Assembly: GCF_963506605.1 (NCBI RefSeq)
Contig: NC_083289.1
Location: 10,974,001 to 11,038,000 of the forward strand
Direction of reading: 5' to 3'
DNA: 64,000 nt
Source of the DNA: Zootoca vivipara
Lineage: Eukaryota
Position numbers and translations under genes: made by a program. A model generated the notes under the pieces. It was not told the origin of the DNA. It was given only the letters and a program-made list of their open reading frames with translations, and made no database searches. Positions 51,373 through 63,929 of this stretch are shown here, piece after piece; within the stretch, counting starts at the first letter, position 1; each line of letters starts with the position of its first letter.

Positions 51373-51629
51373 GTAAGGTAAAAGGTTAAGGACCCCTGGA
51401 CGGTTAAGTCCAGTCAAAGGCGACTATGGGGTTGCGGTGCTCATCTCGCTGTCAGGCCAAGGGAGCCAGCATTTGTCTGCAGACAGCTTTCTGGGTCATG
51501 CGGGCAGCATGACTAAACTGCTTCTGGTGCAACAGGACACCATGATGGAAACCAGAGCACATGGAAACACCATCTACCTTCCTGCCGCAGCAGTACCTAT
51601 TTATCTACTTGCACTGGTGTGCTTTCGAA
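51373..51629 (-). mobile_element. Sauria SINE, 5'-truncated
   Basis: aaggtaaaagg tail and conserved body. Confidence 0.85.
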
Positions 51630-51649
51630 GAGTAGAGGTTCTTTTCAGA

Positions 51650-51698
<49 letters not shown>
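51650..51698. repeat. (TA)n microsatellite
   Basis: Direct reading; one interruption. Confidence 0.95.
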
Positions 51699-51704
<6 letters not shown>

Positions 51705-52790
51705 CCAAATGAAATCTCAAGCAGTCCACCAGTGGGCTAGTTCCACACACGCATGGAAGTGTGTGGAGGTTCACCAAATCAAAGATTGGGTAAAACAGCG
51801 GTTAGAATACCCATCGCATGTTTTTGCTCATGCATTGAGCAATACAGAAGGTAAAGATTAATTAGATTAAATCCTATCTTTCAGACAGGAATTTGTTTAT
51901 ATATGTAGGAGCAGAATGTTAAAAAAACCAATCAAAATGTGCTAGCAAATATTTGAATTTTCGTTGCCGCAGCACACCTCCTTCAACAGGCAGTCAATAC
52001 TGCCTTGCTGCTTTCCTTTGAACAACATGGATATTTTAGAGGTGAAATTTAAAAAGTTATCTATAACAATAAAAGGGGTTTGGATAAAACTGGGCCCACA
52101 ATACTGAGTGCACAGCTCCTGGTGGATCCAAGGGGTGCATTTGCAGCTCAGCTGCACACAACTGAGAACACAGCACAGAGACTTAAAGCCAACTATTGCA
52201 TTTGCACCTGGGTAGAAGCTCCTACTGGTGTCTGATGCTTCTGCCCTGGTGGAAAAGGCTGCTTTGTGGGCTACCCAGCAGCAAAGAGATGGTAGCCATC
52301 TCTTCTGCTGGGCAAAGGTCACTGGAGCTTCAGAAGGCGCAAGTAAGGCCCACGTGAAGGCTATATGTTTTCGGATAGTAACAACCCGCCATCTAAAACC
52401 AGGTTTCGTACAAGAATTCTGAGAAGGAAATGGTGTTTGCTTGCATCCATGTGGTCGCTGACGGGATGAACTGCCCCGGGCGTCTGAAGCGAAATAGAAA
52501 AGGAGAGCATGTGTCTCCCAAGTCTGAACAAAGAGCACGGCCATCTGTGCGCAGCCGACACATGGATGCACTCAGGAGGGACGTGATGGGGCGGCTGGCA
52601 TGACGGAGATTACATAGGGCAATCGAGACGCAGCTTATGTCCTTGGGACAGCTGAACAGTCGGTGCTCCTGCCAGCACAGCTGTTCGATCAGGCGGGGCA
52701 GAGGAAGCTCTGCCTGAGAGTCCGCAGGTGCCAGATGATAAACATGCAGCGGCACCAAGGGCCTTTTCCCAGCCCCCTGTTGCCCTGTAC

Positions 52791-52947
52791 CTGATACTAG
52801 GGGCTCCTCTGAGTTACAAGAGCTCTCCTTTGTGCTGAGGCTGCTGATAGATGCCCGGTGGATGCACTGGAAGCCTGCATCTGGGAGGGCCAGGGACAAC
52901 GAAGCCGGCGAGCCCTTCCTCCACTTCACTTCTGGGACAATCACCTC
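52791..52947 (-). CDS. GRAMD2A: GRAMD2A exon: EVIVPEVKWRKGSPASLSLALPD...EEPLVS
   Basis: Acceptor ttccacag, donor gtacag; 157 nt, phase 0/1. Resembles human EVLIPEMKWRKVCPSSRSLSLPD. Confidence 0.85.
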
Positions 52948-53129
52948 CTGTGGAAGGCATGGAATGCGGGTTAGCTGGCTGCAGGAAGGAGCCCCGATCT
53001 TTCACTGCAGTGTCAACCTACAGGCGGAGCTAACACAGCAAGAGGTTTGTCAACAAAGCCTGCTAGGCTAGTTCTTCCCAGTGCAACACTGCCCCCTCCT
53101 GGACATTGTGAGCCTTCTCCTCCAGGGAG

Positions 53130-53345
53130 AAGTCATCGCTCAGTGGCAGAGCACCAGTTTTGCATGCAGAAAGTCCCAAATTCAACCCCTGGCATCTCCA
53201 ACTGGGGAAAAAGAAAAAGAACCAGGCAGAAAGTGAGGGGGAAGGCTTTCTCTGCCTGAGATCCTGCAGAGCCAATGCCAATCAGAGTGGACAATAGCAA
53301 GCTAAACAGACAATAGACTGACCCGGGACTAAGCAGATTTCTATA
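53130..53345 (+). mobile_element. Squam3-like tRNA-derived SINE
   Basis: gctcagtggcagagcac...tgcatgcagaaagtccca...ctgcctgagatcctg; related copies near 38110-38250 and 63655-63810. Confidence 0.65.
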
Positions 53346-53367
53346 TTAAAGAGAGTGAGGAGGAAAG

Positions 53368-53518
53368 GAATCATAAAATCATAGAGTTGTAGAGTTGGAA
53401 GGGACACTGAGGGTCATCTAGTCCAACCCTCTGCAACGCAGGAACCTTTTTGCCCAAAGCGGGGTTCGAACTCACGACCCTGAGATTAAGAGTCTCATGC
53501 TCTACTGACTGAGCTATC
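53368..53518 (-). mobile_element. tRNA-Lys(CTT)-derived SINE with CR1-like tail
   Basis: Head gatagctcagtcagtagagcatgagactcttaatctcagggtcgtgagttcgaacccc; tail ttccaactctacaactctatgatt. Confidence 0.85.
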
Positions 53519-54057
53519 TGAAAGAAGGTGCCCTTCAGTACTTTGAGGCAATGCAGTGAGCAAAGCATAGAGGCCCAGCTTTAATAGTTATCATTTATGC
53601 CAATAAACCTGGTTAAGAGAAAGCAGCAACTGGCAGGCTCACCTGTGCAAAACAAGTATGCTGCTAATTGGGTTGCAGCCAATGAAAATTCTACTCAAAG
53701 GAGACCCACTGAAATCAATAGCTCTATGTTAATTATGCCTGTTTATTTCAATGATTCTATGCTGAGTAATACTAATGCTGGATGCAATACAACTCAGTAT
53801 ATTTAGCTTAGCACTGCATTGGATACAACTCATAACATATATATACAGCATACCCAGGCAGTATGGGTCATAACCCTAAGCTGGTCCTACTCAAGAGTAG
53901 ACCCATTGAAACTAATGAATCTAAGACAGGCTTGTTCACTAACTTCAGTGGGTCTATTCTGAATAGGATTAGCATTGAATACCATCCTAAATATTCTTAC
54001 TATATCCAGATAGTATGTCTTGATAGTATATATCGTGGTATGGTATGGTTTGGACCT

Positions 54058-54344
54058 AGGTAAAAGGTAAAGGACCCCTGGATGGTTAAGTCCAGTCAAA
54101 GGCAACTATGGGGTGCAGAGCTCATCTCACTTTCAGGCCGTTTGTCCACAGATAGCTTTCTGGGTCATGTGGCCAGCATCACTAAACCGCTTCTGGCACA
54201 ACGGGACACCGTGACGGAAGCCAGAGCGCATGGAAATGCTGTTTGCCTTCCCGCCACACCTATTTATCTACTTGCACTGGCCTGTTTTCAAACTGCTAAG
54301 TTGGCTGGAACTGGGACAGAACAACGGGCTGTAGTGGGGATTCA
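54058..54344 (-). mobile_element. Sauria SINE, partial, ending 14 nt from a GRAMD2A exon boundary
   Basis: Tail aggtaaaaggtaaagg and conserved body. Confidence 0.85.
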
Positions 54345-54358
54345 AGACAACATCTTAC

Positions 54359-54421
54359 CAGTGAAACGGTGTCAGGTTCTTCAGTCAGTTCCTTCAAGCT
54401 CAGGCTCTTTTTGCTTGAGAC
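54359..54421 (-). CDS. GRAMD2A: GRAMD2A exon: VSSKKSLSLKELTEEPDTVSL
   Basis: Acceptor ctctgcag, donor gtaaga; 63 nt, phase 0/0. Resembles human PSSKKSLSVREFSGEPESL. Confidence 0.88.
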
Positions 54422-55078
54422 CTGCAGAGAGAATGAGGCATTAACAGACAGGAGTTTCTCTACGGAGGCGCCACTCGCTTTAAGGGTCTCCGGAAGGATG
54501 TGCAACCAACCGAAGGGCAGTTCCCTGTGGGCTGGATCCTGAAGCATGAGTGACTCCCTTTGCCCCCAAGAGCTGACTGAGCAGCCTGTACTGTATCACC
54601 AGTTTTCAGGGACTGTAAGACTCTTGTCATGACCTAACCCCACATATCTCTCTTAGGACTCGTAGCATTTTAACTATTAGCCACACTGGGAAAATACCAA
54701 CATCGTTCCCCTTCTGCACCCAAGGCTGTGCTGAGCCTACAGACTATATTGTGTGTGTAATAAACCTTGCCCAGAAAGCAGTGCGAGTAACACTGCTTTT
54801 TCTCCAGCTGTAATGATAAACCTCGACATCACCTCCCTCATTGTTGCCCTTCTTTTAAAAATAGCAGCCAGGGAGAGCTGATCCAGATCAGGACCAGAGG
54901 GAGGGAGGGAGGGAGGGCTAACTTTTCCCTCTGTCCTATTTCCCTGCCCAAAATCACCCCCTCTCAGAGCTGCCATTCCACACCTAATATGGACCAGGTG
55001 CAACCACCTCAAATGCAGGTTTAATTCCCAGGCATATCATTGAGTAGACCGGTAACTTCAGAACAGGTCTGTCTAGCT

Positions 55079-55725
55079 CAGTGGTTCCCAACAGGTGGTC
55101 CGGGGACCCCCAGGGGTCCGCGAGCTATGCCAGAGGGGTCCGCAATATGCTATTAGAATAAAAAATATATTAAATATATTTCGTATGATAACAGATTTTT
55201 TGTTTTGGCCGTTTACTGCATGAGCAGAGTCTAGCGCAAAACTAGAATTAGATAGAGGCAGTAGTTCTGCTGTATGCCGTTAGGTGGCGCTTTACAAACA
55301 CTACTGTTTTGCAAAGAGGCAGTGCACGCATTCTACTAACGCTCACCTCCCCAAGATGCTTTGCGCGCGTTGGCTTCATTTGTGCGCTACTGGGCTGGTA
55401 CCCTGTCTTCTCCATTCCCCTCCCTCCTCCCTGGCGCGCGCTGCCTCTTTGCAAAACAGTAGTGTTTGTAAACAAAGCGTTGTTTTTCGCGGAAGCTACA
55501 GTTCGCGTAGTTAAAAATGGACCGTTGGTTAAAAAGTGGTTCGTTAAAACGACAAAGGCCTACAGATGAAGAGGAAGAACTGTAAAAAACGTATAAATAT
55601 AAAATATAAAAAGACTCTTAATTTGGCTCTCACTTTTTAATTTTAGGATTAGGAATTAATGGGGGTCCTTGTCACAATAGCGGCTCGATGAGGGGTCCTC
55701 GAGAAAATTTTGTTGGGAACCCCTG
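55079..55725 (+). mobile_element. Young hAT (Buster/Charlie-type) internal-deletion derivative, 647 bp
   Basis: TIR cagtggttcccaaca / tgttgggaacccctg; perfect TSD gtctagct (55071-55078, 55726-55733). Truncated ORF MDRWLKSGSLKRQRPTDEEEEL* at 55517-55585. Confidence 0.9.
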
Positions 55726-58371
55726 GTCTAGCTTAACTATTTCATGGCACAGTATCTAACAAGCTTAACACAAGTCCTTGTTGTTTCTTAAGAGAAAGTC
55801 ATGGAAAGTTGCCTTTGTACTGAGTTATACTTTTTTGCATTTTAAGTGGTCTCTGTATTATGGCACCAAAAATCCAGTTAAAAATAATTGTTTTTTTGTT
55901 TTTTTTAAAGGGAAGCCATGCTGAGCTCCTGAACTGAGAGGTCCGTAGCTCAGTGGCAGAGCACATGCAACTCCAGGAGTGAGGGAAAGCTCAGCAAGGT
56001 GACCTAATGTGGCCCTCCAGGCCTCTCTATGTGGCCCTCAGGGCTCTCCTCAGATCACAAACACCCTTCGCCAGCCACACCTCTCCTAGCCCTGCACCAT
56101 GGCTTTCCTGAGCGCTGTTGCCTGGCTGACATGGATCTTTGAACTATGCCTCTGGAGAGAGGATGTGTGTGAGCCGAAATCTGACTTATTTCTGTATCTG
56201 CAATGCTGGCAGCTCTACAAGGTGCTGCAATGAATTGGGGTGCTAACTTGAATAAAATATTGGGGGGGCTGGTAGACCCCACCCTGCACAATCGATCACA
56301 AGAGGAAGCACACACATACCATTTGAATGGCAATTAACTTGGGAGGCAACCCCCTCAAATCTTTTATTGGGGGGACCAAAGGGACGTTGGCTCCTATGCC
56401 CCCCCAAATGTCCATGAGGTTGCCTCCCAAGTTAATTGCCAATTAGCAAAAAATGGCTGAAAAGGGTTCCCCATTCCTGAGTTAGGAGGACCAGAGAATC
56501 GGAAACCCCTTTTCTTGAGACCCCTGGGAGCCACTGCCACGCACACACCTGAGCTTCCATCATCACCATGAATAAAGCACCTGGCTTCCCCCAAATAATT
56601 CATGGAATTGTAATTTGCCTCTCATAGAGCCGCAATACGCACCCTTAGCAAACTACAGCTCCCAAGATTCTTGGGGGGGAGTCGTGTGCTTTAAATGGGT
56701 GGTGTGGATGGGGCCGAAGGTGGTCCGGTGGTTTGACTTTGGTGCAAAGCAACTCTATGCACTCACACGGCCATCAAGGGCAAAGTTGGAAAAGGAACAT
56801 TTGTCCTTCAGAAGGCATTTAACAGTGTCTCCCGTGTGTTCTGTCACCCAGCTAGCATGCTTTTGTAGTCATGAAAGGCCTGGCTGTATTTCAAGAAAAC
56901 CTCAAAACAAAAGCCTCATCCAGACAAACAAAAGGAGAGTTTTCCCTGAACAAAAGCACCCTAGGACTGCTTGGGAGGAGCTCGGGGTGGGGGCTGATCC
57001 TAAGATCCCAGTAAGACGATCTGCTCCTCTGCCACAAACACCAGCCAAAAATAGATCCAGCTGAAGCTTGTGACAAGAGTTATCTAATTCACGTCCTATG
57101 ACTACCGATTGTGAAGTGAAGAAATGGCACAATGCCTGTCTGATAGAAAGGCCGGCTAAGAAGCAAGAAGGGAAGGACAGAATGTTAGCCAAGTGCCCCC
57201 CCCTCTTTTTGCCGGTCGAGCAAGGAACGAAATGTACTCCAGACAAATCAGACAGGTCTTTAGAGCGTTAATTGCCTAGTTACCTACCAAAAGCAGACCT
57301 TCAGGCCAGTGCAACCCAAACATTGGGTTGTTAAGGCATCCCACAAGATGCCATCGCCACCAACTCCTGATTCTCTCTCAAGATTACAGGACTCTGTGTT
57401 CTTCTCTGGGTATCATGAAAGGGAAGTGGGGGAAGTGTCTTGGGATAAAACCTGAGTTTTCAAATAGTAGTTTTTGCTTCTGCAAAGTGATTCCCCCACT
57501 TACTTTTTACCCAGGATGGAGAGAGATAGCTGCCTCGTACACACGTGGCTCACAAATGCAAGCTTACGAGGAATGGGAAATAGACAAGAAAAACAGCCTT
57601 TAGTTGGCCCTTCAAATCTTTGTTGGACTCCCAGCAACACCTCCATTCAGTGTGGATAATGCTTAGGGATAATGGGAAATGTCCTGTGGCAGCAGGTCCC
57701 TCAGCTTTGCTTTAACTAATTAAGTGCCATGTTTTCAAAGCTAGCCCTTCTATTAGACAGAGGCAGCTCACCTTGAGCAACAGTTCTGGAGAAACCATTA
57801 ATGAGGAAACTCGTGTGTAAGATTTTTTTTAAAATCCCATGGCTATAATGGCTGCAAAAGGGATACATGCAGAAAGTGATCCCTACTCAATAATCTCTCC
57901 TTTTATTTTCAAATCCTGTAATTTTTTTGAAACCTATATAACATTAATAACAAAACATTGGTTTTGTTTTTTAAGTTTTTACAAAATTGTTGATTGTGAA
58001 ATCAAATTAACGGCAATACCACAATTCAGAATATAACTTTGTAAATCCAAAATCATCAAATAGCAGAAATAGTTTTGGGTTTTTTTTAAAGGTATGGTAT
58101 AATAAGAAGGGTTTTGCCTGGCAATGGAAATGATAGCAGGGAGAGATTTCCATAGCTGGGGTGCCACCTCAAATAAAAAGCCTCTCCCTTCTTGTTGCCA
58201 CCAACATCTCAACTTAAATGGCAAGACACCCAAGGGCGATTGCAATGGACAGGCTTTTAAAAGTGAGCTCCTCCACAACCTGGATCTTTTGACCCTTTGC
58301 TGAGACCAGCTGACCAATTCTTTTAAGTGATACCATGAGGGCTGTCAGGGAGGAAGTGGAAGGGGAAGTAC

Positions 58372-58443
58372 CTGCAAGTGGGTGCAGACTCTCCGCAGCA
58401 CATCGTACACACTGTCTCTAGAGATCAGGGACACGAAGATGTA
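58372..58443 (-). CDS. GRAMD2A: GRAMD2A exon: YIFVSLISRDSVYDVLRRVCTHLQ
   Basis: Acceptor tttccag, donor gtactt; 72 nt, phase 0/0. End of the GRAM/PH-like domain. Confidence 0.93.
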
Positions 58444-58644
58444 CTGGAAACAAAACAAAAATTAGGAGCAGTGAATAATCCAAGCAGCAAAGTTTGAAGC
58501 ACGGCAGCTGGCCAGGCTGATTCAGCATTTGCATGTTTAATGACACACAAACACACACAGACGGATATTAATATGCCCCCTTCGGAGGGCACTTGCAAAG
58601 AACTGTAAGCCTGCAAGCTTCAAAGGCTTCATAGAACGTTTTAT

Positions 58645-58935
58645 ACAGGCCATATCCACCCCAAACATTTCAAGCGCTATGATAACACTTTGACCTGTCA
58701 TGGCTTCCCCCAGAGAATCCTGGGAGGTGTAGTTTGTTAAGGGTGCTGAGAGTTGTTAGGGGACCTTGCATACCCGTGTGCCTTAATAATCCCTCTTCCC
58801 AAAGAACTCTGGGAATGGTTTCTCGCAGAGTCCTAACAACTCTCAGCACCCTTAACAAACTACACTTCCCAGGATTCTCTGGGGGAAAGCCATGACAGGT
58901 TAAAGTGTTGTCATAGTGCTCTGAACGCATGGCGG
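58645..58935. mobile_element. Palindromic MITE family (related copies about 46480-46795 and 63160-63350)
   Basis: Inverted arms catggcttcccccagagaatcctggga...tcccaggattctctgggggaaagccatg. Confidence 0.7.
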
Positions 58936-60478
58936 AGAGAAGACCTTACTTATTCTATTTTTAATTATGCCTTTCGCACAGGGAGCTCAGGGAACATGCT
59001 CCCCTCTATTTTATCCTCACAACAATCCAAGTAGCAATAGGCCCATGACTACCTGCCACCTTCGTCACCTACCCCCAAGAGGCCGTTGTAACCAGCTGCC
59101 CTGCAAGGACATCACCAGGGCTCACTGAGCCTTTCCTGCTGCAATGGGAGCGATGAGACTCCAGCAGACCCAGCAAGGCTCCAGAAGGCCGAGGCCCCAC
59201 CCAGCAAGGCTGCATTATGCCAGGCCTCCTGGGGCCTCTTTCTGAAATGCCAGCAGCCCGTCCGCAATGGGTGGCTTGAAATGGAAGCCACGCATGCATC
59301 TGGAAGAGTTTCACGGGTTTCAGTTTCGGAAAGCCCATGAAAGGAAAACCTATCAGGCGGCAGCCAAAATAGCAAAAGTTCATTTAGCCGTGGTGTACAT
59401 GCCTAGTTCGAAAAACCACATTCCATCCACCCCTGCTCTTCTAGGGTTTCAACCAGAGGCGTAGCCTTCATTTCCTGTGCTCAAGTTGCTGTGCAATTTT
59501 ATGGACATTTTTTCGTGTTATTTATTCTGAATCGTAAGCTGTTGGCACAAAACTTAACTTTTTCTTAATCGAAAGGCAGGGTTAGAATGTTTTAAAAAGC
59601 AGGGATGGAGAACCTCTGTCCCGTCAGGTGTTGTACTCCAGATGTAGGTGGACTACAACTCCCACGAACCTCAGAAAGCACAGACGGTTCAGGAACATTT
59701 GGAGGAATAAGGTTCCCTGCCCCAGCTGCAGTACTACAGTTCCCCAAATCCCTGAGGCTGGTGGGCGTCGGGAGTCCCAAGCCTGTTTTAAACGAATAAA
59801 TATTGTGAGCATCTGCTCTCACCGGAGAAGGATGCCACATTTCTGGTAGTTCCATCTGCCTTTTCCCCTGCCCTCTGTGGCAAAACTAGTACTGCACTTG
59901 GCCACAGGGAGCAGGTGGGTCCATTGTGCACGAACAGGCTGAAGCACAGACAGGAGCTCCAGGTTCCTCATCTCAAACAAGGTATCAACTGAACTCAACA
60001 CGGCACTCGATATGAAGGCGATGTAAGGAGGATCATCCACCTTCAAGAAGAGGGCGTGCTAGCAGAACCAAAGGTGAGGAGGCAGTGGCCGCAGAAGTGC
60101 TGGCAATCCTTTCATGTGGGGCAGGGATGGGCAAGGTGTGGCCCTTCCAGAAGCTGGATTACAGCTCGATTCATCCTTGGGCCATGCTGGTTTGGGCTGA
60201 TGAGAGTTGGAAACAGTCAACATCCAGGGAGCCACAGGTTCTCCATCCCCGATGTGACACAAGGAGTAAAGGGCACTAGATAATAGCAGGTTTTTACACA
60301 CAAACGAAAAACATATACAGTATAAGTACTGAGTGGGAAATCATTGTCTCCAGACATAAATGCCAAGGACATGAAGGGGGGGGGGTTGCATGACACATCT
60401 AAGGTGAACAGATTTATTTACATCATAAGCTTTCACCAGCAAAAGTCAATGGGCGAATAAGTGTACTAGAACCTGCTA

Positions 60479-62032
60479 CCGTGTTTCCCCCTTTTTAAGG
60501 CGTAGTCATAAAATAAGCCATAGCAGCATTTCTAAGCATTTGAGAAATATAAACCGTACCCCGAAAATAAGCCATAGTGATAGGCGCTGTGCGGAAGAGA
60601 GCACTGAGCTCCCCGAGTCAGCAGCAGCAACGCCGGCCGCAGCAGTGTTTGCTGAGTCCTTTCTTGCTTTTGGGACTTGGTTACTGTGCTGGCTTGGGAT
60701 GGTGTGTGTGCAATTGCTGTTGCTGCTTCGTGTTTTTCAGCTGGATTCTCTGGGTTCTAAGCACTTTCCCCCGTTTGTTTGCGAAGCAGCACTCGGCTGC
60801 AGCCCCTGCCTCTCCCGGCGGCTGCATGAATGCGAGGCTGGTCGATCCCCAGGAGGCTGCAGTTGATCGCTATCTCCTTTTCCATTTCTTTTGTCTTTGA
60901 GCACCCGCCCCCGCCCCCTCTCCCCTTCGTGGAATGAAGAACGGAGTTTTAGCAGCATTTCCTCATTATAAAAAAAAGGTCAGGAACTTTTACTTAAACC
61001 TCAAAAATGGGATATTTCCTCTCTCTAAAAACAACTCTGACCTGAACACCAATATAACGGGGGTAGATCACCTCCAGTTTATAAATCCGCAAGTAGATCG
61101 CAGTCTCCTGGAAGTTGGGCTCTATACTTTGGCTGATTGCAAGCCTTTGCATCTTTAAAAAACAAAAACCATGCGCTTCTCAGTCTTAATTTTCCTTTAA
61201 TTCATCCCCCTATACCCTCCTCCAACCATTGCCTCCTTCCATTCCTTACCCCCCTCCCTCTCTCCCCACTTCCCTCACTCCTGTGCGATCTCATTTAGTG
61301 ATATACTTGCTTTTTCTGTTGTGTTGTCTATTTTATATTTAATATTATTACCCTTTATGATGTTATTTTTTTCCTTGCGATAATTATTTATTTTTTATCT
61401 TTAACTAACTTTCCTTTCCATATTTTTCCATATATAACTCAACACTTTCCCATTCCTTCTTAACTCTTTGGATAGAGTGCCCCCTCCATTATTGTTGTTA
61501 ATTTTACAATTCCTGGATTTTTATGGAACCGAACAGCTCGGGTGCTTCAGAATGTGCCTTCTGTTGCTACAGGGCTATGGGGCTTCACTATTTGACCCCC
61601 CCCCCAGGTTGGGATTTTTAAAGTAGTTCTGTGGGTCCCAGGGTGCAGAATCACCCCCGATCCTTTCCTTTGTCTAAACAGACCTCTTCCCCCCTGACGT
61701 TGGAAGGCTGTGCTTCAAGGGTGATACCAGGGTTTTTTTAAGACCTGCGCCTCTTAAGGATTGTTACGGTCCATAACTTCCATTGCTTTCTACAGGGTTG
61801 GGGGTTTAAAGCACTGCCACCCCCACCCCACCCTGCAGGCGCTCGGAACTGGCAGCGCCAACAACGCACCCAGCAGCGCGCAGAAGAGAGCACTGAGCGT
61901 CCTGAGCCAGTGGGTCCCAGTTGTACAAGCACTTTTTTTAAAAAAAAAAGACACCCCCCGAAAATAAGCCACTGTGTGTTTTTTTGAGGGAAAAAAGTTA
62001 TAAGACGGTGTCTTAAAAAAGGGGAAACACGG
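60479..62032. mobile_element. Non-autonomous Tc1/mariner (pogo-like) element, 1.55 kb, with heterogeneous cargo
   Basis: TIR ccgtgtttcccctttttaag / cttaaaaaaggggaaacacgg with TA on both sides; repeated subterminal ccccgaaaataagcca. Confidence 0.85.
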
Positions 62033-62634
62033 TAGCCGCTGACGTGGAGCCTACTAGACTCTGCTGAAACAACCAGCAACTTCCCGTTCCCTTCCGAGTT
62101 GACATAACTCATGAAGAGGGCAGGCTGGGACTGAACCCAACATCGTAAAGGGACACAATTCGGACTGGGGGAGTTCTGAAGGGCTGGGTGGAAATGTGGA
62201 GAGGTCCTGATTTGCGCTGCAAACCCAAGGCTCAAAGCCAGGGTGGCTGATCTGTGGCCTTCCAGAGGTTGATTCCCATCATCCCTAGCTGTCGGTCATG
62301 AAGGCTGGGTCTGATAGGTGCTGGAACACAACAACACCTGGAATGCCAAAAGCTGCCATTCCTTAGGCCAGTTTCTGTCAAGGGCCACATTGCCTTGGCA
62401 GTAACTTATCAGAAGCTGCAGGCCTGGAGTGGGCGGGGCCATAAGGCAGCTCCGTACATTCCTAGGTGCAGCGGATTACATGGGATATCTGCACATGGGC
62501 ATTTAATGTCCCTGCACCCCCCCCCCAAATACAGTAGATTTATTGCTGTAGTGGCTAAAAGGCCAGGTATTTATAGGTGAAAATGTTCACAGCTTTGACC
62601 TCAAATAGTACAGATTTTTGCTGGCGTCACTAAC

Positions 62635-62733
62635 CTTTCGGCTGGCATTGGTGGTGATAGCAAGTCCATTTGGCAACAGGCGAGCTGTTTTGTGCTTTTT
62701 TATCAGTTGGACAGAGACAACAGGAATGACAAC
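62635..62733 (-). CDS. GRAMD2A: GRAMD2A exon (GRAM domain): VVIPVVSVQLIKKHKTARLLPNGLAITTNASRK
   Basis: Acceptor tttcag, donor gttagt; 99 nt, phase 0/0. Matches the recalled human GRAMD2A segment VVIPVVSVQMIKKHKMARLLPNGLAITTNTSQK. Upstream exons lie outside the window. Confidence 0.93.
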
Positions 62734-63880
62734 CTGAAACGGAGAAGAATGGATGTAGTTTGTGCGTGAGCCAAGAGCTGAAGTCATGGGATCACACACA
62801 ATAACTCCCTGGGTCATTAATTTCTGGATGCAGAATCATCACCCAAGTCCTAACCGTATTCAGTCTGCAAACAAGCCACATAGATTTCTATGAGAGGAGG
62901 CTTGTGCAACTAGAAGTAAGACCCCATTTGCACTATGCATTTAAAGCCGTTTCCTGTCACTTTCCTAGCATCACAGAACTGTAGACTTGGAAGGGGCCCG
63001 ATGGTCATCTAGTCCAGCTCCCTGCAATGCAGGAATCTCAACTAAAGCATCCACGACAGATGGCCATCCAACTTCTGCTTTAAAATCTCCAAGGAAAAGA
63101 GTCCAACCCCTTCCAAGGGAGTTCATTCCACTGTCATCCGAAAGTTTTTAAATATTTGTGGCTTCTTCCAAAGAATCCTGGGAACTGTGGTTTGTTAGAG
63201 GTGCTGAGAGTTGTGAGGAGACCCCTCAGAGAGCAACAATTCCCAGAGTTCCCTGGGAAGAGGGACTGGCTGTTAAAACCAGTATGGGAATTGTAGCTTT
63301 GTGAGGGGAATATGGGGATCACCTGACAACTCCGGGCACCTTTTAAAAACCGCCCATCAAATGCTTGCAAGCAGAAAAGTCTGTCTACTTGCTTCTTTAA
63401 CCTTATTGGCCAGTCAAACATTGGTGTTTAAAAACAACAACAACCCATGAGTAGTTTTTCCTACCCACATTCTGCTCACTGTCAATAACGGCTAGAAATA
63501 CTTAGGCTGTGAACAGATGAAACAGAAGGCACTGCAGAGGCTGAAATGAAGCACCAGGAAATTGCTCTTGCCTGCAGTACACATTTTCTGCCCCATCATG
63601 GGCTCTGATGAAATCGGTTATGCAACTTTTTATAGTAATTCCAAGCTGCAGGAAAAGACCATAGCTCAGTGCAGAGCATGCAGAAGGTCCCCATTTCAGG
63701 GAGAACTGAGAAAGGCTCCCTTCCCAAATTCTGCACAGCTGCTGCAGGTGTAGATGACCAGAGCTAGATAGATCAATAGTTTGACATAGTGCAGAAGCAG
63801 ATTCCTATATATCCTGGGGGGGGGAACCAAGAATTGCTATAAATAAGCATGTGCTGGGTGCCAGGTTTCATGGCAGGGCC

Positions 63881-63884
<4 letters not shown>

Positions 63885-63927
<43 letters not shown>
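63885..63927. repeat. (ATT)n microsatellite
   Basis: Direct reading. Confidence 0.95.

Positions 63928-63929
<2 letters not shown>

Noticed and set aside
51942-52571. 209-aa minus-strand ORF
   Set aside because: Intronic, non-ATG start, no recognisable homology, and not needed for the phase-consistent GRAMD2A exon chain.
53452-53518. tRNA-Lys(CTT) gene
   Set aside because: The 5' acceptor stem is missing and the sequence continues into a SINE body with a CR1-like tail, so it is a SINE head.
59819-60046. Exon-like ORF with a downstream GTGAG in a GRAMD2A intron
   Set aside because: No homology recognised, no convincing acceptor, and the flanking GRAM exons join directly.
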